A DNA stretch of 63,535 nucleotides, the filler included, from Perkinsus chesapeaki ATCC PRA-425 (Eukaryota; Protista; Perkinsozoa): NCBI GenBank assembly GCA_013115145.1. It is 15 parts of 15 records of this genome, joined end to end, with 100 filler letters (N's around TTAATTAATTAA, not from the genome) between each part and the next. Parts side by side here need not be neighbours in the genome. Positions count along the whole stretch, not along the records: positions 24,419 to 27,456 come from JAAPAO010001474.1; positions 27,557 to 28,956 come from JAAPAO010001982.1; positions 29,057 to 31,575 come from JAAPAO010001588.1; positions 31,676 to 33,332 come from JAAPAO010001841.1; positions 33,433 to 34,723 come from JAAPAO010002053.1; positions 34,824 to 39,235 come from JAAPAO010001266.1; 9 more parts are not named here. One strand, 5' to 3'. The number at the start of each line of letters is the position of its first letter. Positions within the stretch are counted from its first letter, which is position 1. Shown one piece after another: positions 25,346 to 38,152 of this stretch. A program made the translations under genes and the position numbers. The notes under the pieces are model-generated. The model made no database searches. It worked only from the letters and a program-made list of their open reading frames with translations, and had not been told where the DNA came from.

Positions 25346-26306
25346 CGTCAGTGAACATTATTACTACTTATAATAAATGATATAATAAGAAGTATTTTAT
25401 CCCACCCAATTGTATATTTATATATACACCTTATAGGTGATAATAATGAATGTAATATTATTATTAATAATGATAATGATGTTAATATCATTGATAAAAA
25501 TGATGATATCTGATAATAATAATAATGAAATTATTAGCACGTATTATTATTAGTAGTATTATTATTAGTACTTCAATAATAAAGGACAGGTATGTTAAAA
25601 ATAATAATTTATCACAATCCACAAATATGTTACAATGTAGCCCTTTTGTAGTCCCTAACGGGATTATTAAATCATTATTATCATTTATTAAACATTCTCT
25701 ATTATGAAATATTCGCCATGAAGTCGTGGATATTACCGCTACCGATGATCTAATAATCATATTATTAAGTATCAGCATATTATTATTACTATTACCGTGT
25801 ATTCAGAACTGTATGATGATATCCTCCTCCTGTTCCACCTTCTCCTTTCCTAGCCATATTGTTACAATATTCTTTTAATCTATTTTTACAAATATGTTCG
25901 ATATTATTTTTATCCCAATATCTAATTATTACGACTAGTAGTAGTAGTAGTAGTAGTATATTATTATTATTATTACTCTTGCATTGCACCGCTACCCAAT
26001 CCAGTAGGTTTCTTACACATATCTCGCACATATATATTTTCCAAATCAACTTCCAAACTATAATAGTATTAATAGTAATAAATATGTTATATTATTATTA
26101 CACTGCTGCTGAAGTACCCATTGATATACTACTCCTTATTGGTGATGATGATGCAGGAATCTGATTATGATAATAATGATGGTCATCATTGACATTATTA
26201 CCATATATTCGTGTGCTACATTGAATGCTTGTGTAGCTGCCCACATATCTGCTGGTGATAATTTAACACCTCTTTTCATCCAACTAATAATAATTATAAT
26301 AATACA

Positions 26307-26342
<36 letters not shown>

Positions 26343-26542
26343 CTGCAATAATATAATGCAAATATCCAAAACATAATACTTAATGAAATAATATATCCTT
26401 TAATAAATTGTATAAGTAATAAATTATTATAACTACTACCATCACCATTATTACTATTTGATAATGATGATGATGGATTAATACTCTTTCCTAGTGATAA
26501 TGCATTTGATGATGATGATGATGATGATGGTGATGTACTCAT
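24700..26542 (-). CDS. Hypothetical multi-exon, probably membrane, protein in AT-rich contig
   Basis: In-frame exons across AT-rich GT-AG introns: SWMKRGVKLSPADMWAATQAFNVAHEYM / LEVDLENIYVRDMC / YWDKNNIEHIC / STTSWRIFHNRECL / hydrophobic stretches / MARSELYNVLYADELYYYILP; 3' part unresolved. Confidence 0.55.
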
Positions 26543-26737
26543 ATTTTAAAACTACAGAATCAATCTGCTAATATCAACACTAGTAGTATGACAACACCAG
26601 AAGGAGGAGGAGGAGGAAACGTGATAATATTATTGTTAATATTATTATAGATATTATAATTTCTATTAATCATTATTGTTATTATCATGATATTAGTTTA
26701 TTATCCCTATTATCAAATACTACCCTTACTCTTTATA

Positions 26738-27284
26738 TTATGCTAAATGATGATGTAAATTAATATACCTGCGATGATAATAATAGTTAGTATTATGATT
26801 GTCAACAACAACAACAACAACAACAAGTTAATGATATATATTATTAATATATACTATCCTATTAATTATTATTACACATCAGTACCATAACCATACATTG
26901 ATTGTATATGCAGATCACCTCCAAAATATCTAATAATAATATCATCTACTAATAGCATCTAGTAGTAGTATATCATTATTACTTTGCATATAATCTTGAT
27001 AACGGTAAACCAAAACCATATCCACCTATTTCACTTTCAATTGTCAGTGAATTAGTTAAACTATGTTCTACTGCTAATGTTGTTCTTGTTGAACAGCAAC
27101 CTATCTTATAGTTATTATTATTATCATCATTCACTGATGATGATGCTGTAGTAAATCCATAATTAAATATCTATTTAATAACTATATTAACAACAGTAAT
27201 ATATAAACTCTATTACTCTTCTTTTAATATCATCTCTCATACCACCCCCTTTATCACTTATTTTTATTATTATACAATGTTCAC
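26738..27284 (-). CDS. Pyruvate dehydrogenase kinase / branched-chain ketoacid dehydrogenase kinase family, 3' exons
   Basis: Spliced translation IKISDKGGGM..IFNYGFTTA..GGYGFGLPLSRLYAK|YFGGDLHIQSMYGYGTDV|YINLHHHLA*; classic PDK/BCKDK G1/G2/G3 motifs; 5' part lost in gap. Confidence 0.9.
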
Positions 27285-27290
27285 CTATAA

Positions 27291-27456
27291 TAATAATAAT
27301 AATACTATACTGTATAATAATAATACTATACTGTATAATAATAATACTATACTGTATAATAATAATACTATACTGTATAATAATAATACTATACTGTATA
27401 ATAATAATACTATACTGTATAATAATAATACTATACTGTATAATAATAATACTATA
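27291..27456. repeat. 21-bp minisatellite (AATAATAATACTATACTGTAT, about 8 copies), intronic to the kinase
   Basis: Direct reading; explains the NNNTILY ORF. Confidence 0.95.
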
Positions 27457-27556
27457 NNNNNNNNNNNNNNNNNNNNNNNNNNNNNNNNNNNNNNNNNNNN
27501 TTAATTAATTAANNNNNNNNNNNNNNNNNNNNNNNNNNNNNNNNNNNNNNNNNNNN

Positions 27557-28956
27557 TAGGGCGTTCGCCTAACAGCCCGCGAGCGCCTGAAGTTGTTTTA
27601 TACCCCTTCGGAAAGGACAATGGTTTGTTTCTTTTCGCTGATCTTATTTCTAATCACCGTCGTCTTGGTCCTTTGCGCTGTTTGGTAGATACTGGCTGTT
27701 GTTCTACTATGATAGCGGAACGAGTTGTTCCTCTTGATACAGAAGTTCGGCCCGTTACTGGTCCTTCCCTTATGACTATCGATCGTTCTCTATGTACTAT
27801 ACTGGGAGTGGTGTCCCTCACGGTTGGAATTTATAATGATATGCAGTTTTCTTCGAGTCGACCTCCCTCTAAGGATGATTCGCAAGTTCTCTTTAAGGTG
27901 TCTGCTTTGGTGGTTGAATCACTGGCTTATGACCTTATTCTGGGACATGATTTTATGAAACATTTTGGGCTGGATATTCGGTATTCAGATAGTCCTATGC
28001 GGATTATTGGTAACTACCCTAAGAATGAGGCCCCTCGTACTGCATGGTTTGTCGAACATCCTCTTCATCCTGATAATCTGAGCATCAAGGCCAAGTCCTA
28101 CGCTGGTTCCGCTGGTACTTTGGCCCGATTCTCTATTCCTGGTATGATGGCTGGTTTGGTTGAGTTCGACTTTCCGTTTGATGCTTGGGAACTTGTTCGT
28201 CCTAAGAGTGTTTTGCTAGTTAGTGCCGCGTCTTCAAGCGTGATTGCTTGTGAAGCTGCTTACACTAACGAGAGAGCAGAGCCACTTCACGGAGATGGAC
28301 TTTCCGTACCCCCTTATGCTCATCGATGTTCTCAAGAAGTTCAACTTGGTGGAAATGTTATCCCGGTTGTTGGCAATGAGCTTGAGTATATGTGGTTGTG
28401 TCCTTCTACCCGGTGCGCTGTTGTACCGCCGACACCGTCAAGTGGTTCCACTTTAGTTTCGCCGTTATTTGCAAGGCTTGAGGAGTCCCCTGTCTTGGAT
28501 GACTCATGTGAGGAAGGTGATGGTGTATTGGTTACACCCGGTCATTCTTTCGTCTCTTCCTTGAGGAGCCCTCCTTCTGTTAGTGGAGCTTCTTCGGTTG
28601 CGATTTCGGCCCGGTCAAGGAATACTACGGCCCCTGTTGTTCAAGAACCTAATGGGAGTGTGGACTCCGCTACTAATCCTAGGTCTGAAGGTTCTGTTCA
28701 AGCTACTAATGAGCCCTTGAAAGTTTCAAGGACTGGCTGTTTTATTCGACCCCCTCGGAAGTTTCTGTCTGCTTTTGTTTAAGCCCCGAGGTTTCTGAGT
28801 CATCGTTATGAAAATCCTTACCCTAACCTGCGTCATGATTTTGTGGGGAGGGGAGACGTATGTTTTTGTTTTACATGTTTGCATTTACATGTAGGCTTAT
28901 TATCTTTGAGGGTTTTCATAGAGCCTAAACGTCGGATTGTTCGGCCTGTTGCCGTC
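27557..28956 (+). mobile_element. LTR retroelement fragment: retropepsin ORF, polypurine tract, probable 3' LTR start
   Basis: CLVDTGCCSTMI and LILGHDFM protease motifs; stop 28782; GGGGAGGGGAGA at 28845-28856 followed by TG at 28861. Confidence 0.75.
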
Positions 28957-29056
28957 NNNNNNNNNNNNNNNNNNNNNNNNNNNNNNNNNNNNNNNNNNNN
29001 TTAATTAATTAANNNNNNNNNNNNNNNNNNNNNNNNNNNNNNNNNNNNNNNNNNNN

Positions 29057-31430
29057 CATGCTCGAGACACTGCGCTGACTCTTTAGTCATGATCACTATA
29101 CCGATAGGCTGCGCAGTTGAGGTAGCCGGCAACGAGCAGATGATTCCCATGGTTAGATCGGCATGCGTCAAATTGTAGGTCCCGTCTATTCCCATGGTCC
29201 GGCAAGATCGAAGGCTCCTCAACATGCGTGGTGACGACACAACCGCTGAGTAAGCCTTCAAGTCGTTGGAGCCGGTGCCAGCTTTTTCAGGTTCCGTTCT
29301 GCACAGAATGTTCTCCATCACGAGGCAGCAATCCGCCCTGCGAGCAAGCTCCAAGTCTCTGGCTGAGTGAGTACCGGCCTCTAGAGCATCCAAGCCCTTT
29401 ATTATATCAGAAACCTCACCCATGAGGCGGTCCGGCCCACAAGATAATTCTGTCAAGCTTCTTGTGAAGGCTGTGACGCTAAGCCCGCTGTTCCGCGACT
29501 CCTTTATAGAGCGCAAAGCAGCCTTGACCGCCTCGTAATTGCTAAGGCCCTTCTGCGTGAGAAACTCGGTTGTTTGGGCGGAGTACTGGCCGCTCATGTT
29601 CTTCTGATGGGCCATCGTCTTCAGCTCAGACTTGGATGTGCAAGGCCTTGCTGACAAGGTGATGATCCAGTCATCGATAACGTCGGGTGGTATCGTGCCG
29701 CTCCTGCACTTTTCTGTCCCGGGAAAGTGATCATGGCAACGCCAGTCATCGGCAGAAGCATTCGCCGATCGGAGAGGGTAGAAACTGCAGCGACCATCGC
29801 GGAAGATGATCTTCACCCTAGCCAAGGGGCACGTAAATGTGGGCCACAATCTCCAGTCAGGCCTGGAACCCCTCTTTGGCTCGCGTCCTTCCATCCGGGG
29901 TGATACTGCTCGCCGGCATTCAAGGTAACACGTTTTGCGTTGATGCTTGAGCTCCTCCAGATTGTTAACTAGGCGATAGTGAGGCTTCTCCTTTATATAA
30001 TCTGACACCACGTCGTATAGATTACCCTCGTATACAGTGAAGGGCTGGTCGGCGAACTCCGGCTCATCCGAAGGTGGGTCGTTCTGATGCGGCGGAATCT
30101 CAAAGGGGGCATCATCGGAGTCGGAATCTTCGCCCTCCTCGGATGACTCGCTGTCACTTTGGCTTGACCGAGTTCCACTTCCGTCACTCAAGTCCCCGCC
30201 CGCGGACATCCTATCTGAAGGCTCTTCTATATGACTCAGATCAGACCCTTCACGCTCTCCTATCAACTCCTGATCACCTTCCTCAACGCCAGCCGTGTCT
30301 CTTGCTAGCGTAGGATTTGTTTGCGACTGCCGTAGTTCACTAGGATCTCCGGCTTCGTTGGCCAAATCATTGACTATTCTTTGCAGATGCTCGTCGTTTG
30401 GCCTGGGAAGCGTGAGATTGAGCTTTTCGTCGAGTAAGTCGTAGAACTTCTTTTGGCCTTCGACTGACAACATGTCAATTTTATTAGCAAGCGCTGGATT
30501 TTGAGCACAATAGAAGACCGGATTGATGGGCTCGCCAGAGACTGCGCTTCGGCGGCTGGTTGTGTAGTGGTGTAGGAGAAGCATCTTCTGCTTGGAATTC
30601 TCTATCTCCCTTCTCAGATTAGTAATATGATCGACGACACTTGCCAACAATTCCGAGTCACAAGACCGCTCCTTGTCACGGACGTCCGGAGGGGGGCCTA
30701 CTGGCTGTCGGGCAGTGAGCAACCAGTCTCTCTCAGCACATAGCGCATCGAAAGCCGATGCCGCTGGGTTCATCGAGAAAATAGGAAACATCAGTTGTGG
30801 GTCCATCGTGTTGCGGAGTGGGAAGACACGAATCTTCTCGCGGCTTCCTACTCGGCTAAGAGCCGTATAGATAACTCCTTGAAGCCAAGGTGAGTCCCAG
30901 TATTGTCGTATCATTTCCGTCTGTCGTCCATGACTATTGGGTAAATACAGCCATACTCCGGTGAGTGTAGCACCAACCAGTTTATGAGCCGTTGCAGCGT
31001 AGCTAACGGTCAAAGGTATTTGTTGACGCTCAAACCGTATGGATCCATCCCTCCCATAAACCGTTAGCTTCTGTCGCTTAACATGCACGTTCTTTTCTAG
31101 CCCATCGAAACTCGTAATCACCACGGGCTGCTCTTCTCCATCCCAGTATATTTTGACGACTTTCCCCATAAGGCCGTTCACAATCCGGTCTCGTTGGCCA
31201 GGTGTGTTCACGGTTGCCATCACCCTACATCCTTCCTTCAGGATAACCTTATCCCTGTATCCAAGCTTCTGGAGCGACCTGTAGTCGAAGCCGTCGGTAG
31301 CAGTCCTTGAGCCAGTATCAACGGCGTCGAACACGTATTCTTCCCCAGGTAGCTGTTTCAGGTACTCCCTATTACGCTGTTCAACTTCGGCGTTGGTGAG
31401 ACAGATAACAGTGTGATCGAACCTGAGATG
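29057..31430 (-). mobile_element. PIF1-like helicase C-terminal half fused in frame to a MULE-type transposase N-terminal half
   Basis: CLTNAEVEQRN (motif IV-like), RQQIPLTVSYAATAHK.VG.TL (V), YTALSRV (VI); acidic linker; region colinear with 34888-36471 up to GIDGTYN (first catalytic D); truncated by gaps. Confidence 0.8.
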
Positions 31431-33432
31431 AAGGACTTGAAACGTAAAACGATATCAGGAACTGCATAACCATCAATCCATTCCACAAATGTCCGGGCGT
31501 GTTAGGGCCAGATAGGATCGCAAATTTTACGCCAGCTAAGAAGGTATTATTACACGTAGCTCCTTTGACTTTCTANNNNNNNNNNNNNNNNNNNNNNNNN
31601 NNNNNNNNNNNNNNNNNNNTTAATTAATTAANNNNNNNNNNNNNNNNNNNNNNNNNNNNNNNNNNNNNNNNNNNNAGTTTATTCTCAGAAATAACATTAA
31701 TATCAGATGTACCGCCAGAAGGTAAGCGGATATATGAAATGTTGGAACTAGGTGCCTAGGGCTGTTTGTCTTGTGGCGAGTTGAGTGTGGATGCTGTATA
31801 GATTGATATATATACTGGAGCCACTCCACTGGAGCGGACGGGGAATGTCTCTAAGGCGTTGGAAGCATGGAAACGGACGGTTGGGCTACCCATTGAGTGT
31901 CGTGATTTGCTGGGACGTAAATGATACAGCGAAGGTAGCTGAACAGCCGGAATTCGGTAGCGTGTGATTGTGAATGGTCAGGAATCGCGGAACTTCGTGG
32001 GTATGGTATGGTGTGACGTAGAATTGCAATTGCAACATTGCAAGTTGTTGTTCGCATATCGGCTCCACCTTGCAGGTTGCGAATATAGAGGGTTTGTGGT
32101 TGGCTGCAGCTTTTGCACGACAAAGAAGGCGGGAGCCTCATTCGCAGTTTGTGGGCGCTGCAGGGCGTGCGTTACTTGTGGGGATTGGTGGTCTGTTATG
32201 TCCTTGTTTTGATCTTTGTCGATCGACTGCTGGGGATCCATGGCAAGGATGCATAGTTTGGAGCTGATGAGGGTTGAACGCTGGTCAGGTTTGCATACAC
32301 ACTACATTAAGTCCTGTGGAATTTGTCTGCGAAGGACCACAACAGGTTTCTGTGTAGATGAGGAAGCTATCGCTGTTATGTTCTGCGTGTATGCGTCGCA
32401 CAGTATGCGAGGCAACAGGTCGGTGGGAGGAGTAAGTCGCTCGTCTCCACTGATTACTGGTAGAGTTCATCCCGTGAATACGAGCAGTTGCACGTGCTTT
32501 TGGGTGATTGTTTCTGATGAACTGGGGACCTGTAATCGCGGTACTTGCTTAACAGTTCTCCGTTGTCGTCAATACATTGTGTTAATTGGCACTCTTTGGC
32601 AAAGAGACCTACCGGTTGCAATTGCCGTTCATAAGGTAGAACTTTGTTTTACGAGTCCAAATGAGCGATGGAACGTCTACGCATGATAAACGCTATACGT
32701 ATAACTTTTTTTGGTAGCGGCCATTTGGACATAGGTTGACATGAATATAAGAACAACCTGCGATAGTAGTAATAGCAGTGCGGACAGCCGAGGTGGAGAT
32801 GAGCTTCGTATGAATAACACTTGTGGCTTTTGTGCGCGGCGAACATACAGAGCAGGACCGATGGAATTTTGGATCGTGTTACAAATGCAGGTTCCACGGA
32901 TATCGGATAAGCACGCGAGTATGGGACAGTGAGTATAAGTTGAAGTGGCGGTTTCGCTTGAAACTCATTTGTAGTATAGCGGTTTGTAGTTAGCAGGACT
33001 GTGACCAAGGTAGAAGGCGCTTGAACATCAAGCGTTGATCGAACTGCTGTATTTTGTGCGAATAAAGAGAAAGCATAAGGGCTGCATATGAAGGCAATAT
33101 TTGGCTTAAAAGCAGAATTATTCACCTGCGTACAAGGCCGCTTGCATCTGCTGAAGCCTGAAGGCCTTATCTTGTCAACATGAGTAGTGATATGCCAGAA
33201 GGGCTGATACCAATCAAGAACACGGGGTTTGACAGTAGCGGAGAACACACGTTCTCACTAGTAGTACTAAGTAAGTCTTGTGCCATGGTAGAAGATAAGG
33301 GGCATTCGCCGAAAGTTTAATGGTGAAACCTGNNNNNNNNNNNNNNNNNNNNNNNNNNNNNNNNNNNNNNNNNNNNTTAATTAATTAANNNNNNNNNNNN
33401 NNNNNNNNNNNNNNNNNNNNNNNNNNNNNNNN

Positions 33433-34593
33433 AAACCCTCTGAGTTTATGTATGTAACCATTGTCTCCGACAATGGAGGTACATCTTTTCAGGTCTAGGA
33501 AGACCCTGAGGCGGGCAAAGATGGATTCAGCCAAATTGCTAGTCGAGCATGTTGTCGATATTTTCCGTTGGTTCAGTAGAATTTCGAAAGGACATTGTCC
33601 GGCATGGAGCTCACCCAAGTCGCCCAGCATTGTGGACCACGATAGTTCCCAGTGACGCATAGCATCTACTCCGAAGTTTTGTCGAAGCTCGAATAAAACC
33701 AGTGAGATGTAAAGAGAGAACATATTGATACCAGCACACTTTAGCATGAAGTCGAGGCGTTCCTTGCAGAAGAGCTTGTAGGCCTTCTTGTTTCCTTCCG
33801 ATGGTGCAGGAGCTTTGTCAACCCTTTGCTTAGCGTGGAAGTGACACCGTTGAGCAATTATGTGAGGTATGACGCTTCTGGTACCATTAACTATAGCTGG
33901 GGCTGAGTCACTGATAAGCCGAATCGGCAAATTGGGTGATTGATGGAAAGTAGAGCCCAGATTCAGGAATGCAGTGAGTAAGTGAGCCACTGCCTCTTTG
34001 TTCTCACTGAGTGACAAACCCACCAGTACAGGGCACGCCGCGTTACGTATACAGGGGGCACTCTGGTTACCAATCCTCACAATGCTTAGCACCAATACGC
34101 ATATTTTGCCACTACGAAAACTTCTAAAGTGGCCATCGATGCATATCGTGATGCCGGCCGGACTCCAGGGTTTCCAGGCGGCATCAGCAGACCCCTTACG
34201 AAGTAAAGGAGAAGCGGGATCTGTCGCGTTGAAAAGACTTGCTATAGCCCCTCTCGAAGATATAATAATCGAGCTTTTGCGGGGTTCGTCAGGAAGCGAC
34301 TGAGTACTGATGTGATACCAATGTCCAATGAGGTCAGAGGAATGGCGTTGGTTATACGGTAAGGCTCGTAGTTGGTCTCCCATATTGACAATGTCTAACT
34401 GGGAGACCTTGTGGAACTGCTGAACTCGCACTTCTTCAAGGAGGTCATCGAAAGTCATTGAACTTGGAGACTGTCTTCTGAGAATGTGCTTACGATGGTT
34501 CTCAAGGTATTGCTGTACTTTGCTGGTTGTGTAATACTTTACCAAGTCATCCCACGTAGTTCCGAAAGCATCGCGCATCTGAGGAAACGACAA
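33433..34593 (-). mobile_element. MULE-type DDE transposase catalytic core (distinct subfamily)
   Basis: CIDG, LISDSAPAI, RCHFH (CxxH), TSNLAESIF; runs into gap. Confidence 0.85.
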
Positions 34594-34823
34594 TCAAAGG
34601 CAAACGTAAGTGAATCACTTCTGTCACTTGAAGTAATAGATGACGTCTTGTGAAAATCGGGTACATCATAAGAGCCTCGTCAACAGTAAGAGCAGAATGA
34701 AATCCTTTTTTTGTGGAGGACTTNNNNNNNNNNNNNNNNNNNNNNNNNNNNNNNNNNNNNNNNNNNNTTAATTAATTAANNNNNNNNNNNNNNNNNNNNN
34801 NNNNNNNNNNNNNNNNNNNNNNN

Positions 34824-37800
34824 ACAATATAATCCACCGGAAACAGATGAGCCAGCCTTCGAGTTTGGTGACGCTGCTGATGACGGCATGTCTCATTGCA
34901 CGAGAGATGTAGGCGACTTCGAAGATGGCCCTCCCGAAGCCTCAAATACAACCGAGGACGAAGTGTCGGACGTGGTAATGGAGGATGTGGATGACGATTC
35001 GGAAGTTGCATCTGAGGCCAACGACGACGATGTCGAAGATATTCATCATTACCTTCCTGTAAACCTGGGCCAGAAAAGAGACCGCTTTGACGAACGACCC
35101 TTCATAGTCTGTAGGGGACCTTTGTGGAGCGTAGTGCAGGACTTTCTCGTGGAGCACCCCCACTACCGGCTGACCTCGACTACGATCAACAGGCTAAAGG
35201 AGAGAGGGAGCAGCTGCGTGTTAGAGTGTATGCGCACTATCTCCTACAGAAACCGAGGGAAGCCTTGGAAAAGCGGCAGTAAACCGGATTGGCGATGCTG
35301 GCCTGATGATACGTGCCCACTGGCGGAGGTTTGTGTCTACGCGAAGAATGGTATCATCAGCTTCCACGGCCTGAAGTCAGCGAACGCCACAGCTGAAGAA
35401 TGGCGGGGACATTGCCACCTACCTGGCAGCACAAGCTGTAGATCCTCATTTGTCCCTCCACCAATCGTGGACGACTGGCTCCGTCTCACGGCCGAGGATG
35501 GGTCCAAGACGCAGAACCAACTCATTGACTGGACGTTGGCCAAATGTATGCAGGGTGGTTACAGCCGCAGTCGACATACGGTGGAGTTCATCGCTTCAAA
35601 GAAGCTCCGGAGCGACAGCGAGAAAGTCAGGGATCTATGGAGGTCGATAAGGCCTAATGGAAGGGCTGGCCTGAAGGTCGAGGGCTTCATCGAGCAGCTC
35701 GCAGCACTCAGATGCCCCTTGGACCAGCTTGAGAGCAAGGTTGGCCCGACAGTCCGTCAATTGTTGGCTTTATCCAGTGGAACTGGCAGCTTTGCCGAGC
35801 TCGACATCGCCGCCGCGGATCGTTGCATCATCTTGGGAGAGACCTTGTGCACTCGTGGAGAAGCTGACCGTGGAAGGTACCCTGTGAAGGAATTCTGCGT
35901 GGTGGCTAGTAGCCCCCGGATGCTGACAAATATGGCCAACTGTCCGACCCTAGGCGTGGACTGCAGCTTTAATATTGTGATGGCCAATCTGGCTATAGCT
36001 GTAGTCTGCGCCTTGCCACGAGGCCAAACAGCATCATTGGTGGGCATAGCATTAATACACGCAGAGTCGGCCTCCTCTGTGGAGCATTGTCTCTCCCAGC
36101 TACGCGATGCAAGCCGGATTCTTGGGGTGCCCAATTCTGAACCGAAAGAAGTAGTTCTCGATGGATCATCAAGTATCCACAGCGCATGTACCTCTGTATT
36201 TGGAGACTTTGTCGCGATAAGCTGCTTCTTCCATGTGATGAAGCGGGCACGCGAAGCCAAGTCAAAGAGCCACTTGCCGAAGGACCTTTGGTATGAAATG
36301 AAGAAGGATCTAGATCTCCTCGGGGACGCAACTTCTCGATCTGAATGGGAAAGATTGGCTCAGCTTTTTAACAAGAAGTGGAAAGAAGGTAGGCAGCTGG
36401 GGAGAGTGCACGTAGGAAATTGGCAACAATCACCCAGCTATATCGTATCTATTGAATGTGGAAGATACTAGGTATAGATGCGTGTAGATAAATGGAGTTC
36501 ATGTGTCTAGTGGATTGAACGACATGGTAACCGTGCCACGGTTCGGCAATCTATCGGATGAATCATTTAGATTCTTTTAGAAAATTTTATTATTAAATCC
36601 CTATACAGTACCGTACTATATGCTGTAGTATATACAGCATAATCTGCACTATAAAGGGTGATACAAAACCTCGTGAATGTTTTCAAATTTCGCATTTCTC
36701 GCAAACAACTCAACATGACAAACTTAAAGTTTCTGATAATTTTGATCACATCATCGAGAATACACCATTTAATAATTTATCACCCTTTGAATAATTCCAA
36801 TATAGACATTATGCCTAAGACATACCCACACAATATCAATTTCAACACATAACAGCGATCAGGAACCTAATAATATACCGCACGATCTAATATATCGAAT
36901 ATTATTCGTGATTTCTCACCGAGAACAGCGACACAGTTTCTGAGCGCCAGGCCCTTCACTCCACGCTTCTCATCGGACGATTTAGACTTGCTCGAAGAAC
37001 GACAGTGTCTTATTGGTAGAACGATTGTCATCGCTAACTCCCATCGGCCGAACTGCTGTTAAGGGCTTCATGGACGACTTCGGCTCTTATCTAGACGCCT
37101 CAAACTGGAGGAGTTTCTGGGGTCAGTATGCGGCCGATCGGAGTGGCCCCCGTACCAATAATGCAGTGGAGAAAGCCAATAGAATGATCAAGGAAGAGGT
37201 GGGTTGGCTGAGCCAACTTGGCTCTGTATTACAGAATCTGTAAGGCTCCTTTTTCCTCGCTACATATTGTTATATTGGTATATAATATATTATATATTGA
37301 TCTGATCAATTTGAACACTCTTGCAGGTAACGGATAATAGAAGGAGGAGAACTCTGATTGAATTTGCCGCATATCTAAACAACAGCGCAGCCTGGGCAAA
37401 AATATCGCAGTATGGCCATACCACTAATAAAGGAGAAATCCAAAAGAACCATCGACGGGGCGGAGCGTCCTTCATTGCCACCAAACGGCTATGCCAGATT
37501 CCTCGAGACTGGGTTACCGTACCGGGGATGTTCGCTGATCAGAGAGCCGGATGGATATTCCTTAGAGGTGTCAAAGCAACAAGATGCAGTGTGCCCCTTT
37601 CTTGTCATATAGAGGAACCTGATGAGATTGGGGAAAGTGCCAAGCGCTTCTGTGAGTCAAAGTACTCGACGCTGGACGAGGCTCGTCAATTGACCAGTAC
37701 ATTCTGCGTTGTGAGCTACTCAAAGTCTAGCGGAGTACTCGGATCTTTCTGCAGCTGCTCGACCTGGAGAAAGAGTCTAGTGTGTGAACATATGGCCGCT

Positions 37801-38079
37801 GTTGCCCACCTTTCAGGGAATGATCAATCGCCTGAGGCATTGGAGCAATGGAAGTATATGCTAGTTTACTTCCGACGAGCTAAACAGAACCGCAGTAAAA
37901 GTGGCAGATTTGACGAAAATATCCTTCCATCGGATGCGAGGTATGGTTTAGGCAGGGGTCGGTCTACTTCGTCTCGAAGACCTCGAAAGCGTGATAGAGC
38001 TACAGCAGCCAGCCCCGACTGTGAAGCTTCTCCGGCAGCTAAACGGCCGAAGATTGTCATAAAGGGAGCGAGGAGTTAA
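34824..38079 (+). mobile_element. MULE/MuDR-type transposase gene with introns and C-terminal SWIM finger
   Basis: GVDCSF, VLDG, CFFH, RTNNAVEKAN (E), CSCSTWRKSLVCEH (SWIM), basic tail; frame open from the gap at 34824. Confidence 0.88.
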
Positions 38080-38152
38080 TATTACTCATTAAGTTTCTTC
38101 ACCCCCAATATGGAATTCTGGTGTCTATGTATGGTCGGTTCAGTGATCGGCT

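Noticed and set aside
25130-27504. ORF-track peptides with poly-L/I/T/N runs
   Set aside because: These are translations of microsatellite introns or the wrong strand; the real coding exons are on the minus strand.
31676-33332. Possible 3' continuation (SWIM-like CNC) of the MULE at 33433-34593
   Set aside because: Frames are broken, the motif is incomplete, and linkage across the linker is unproven.
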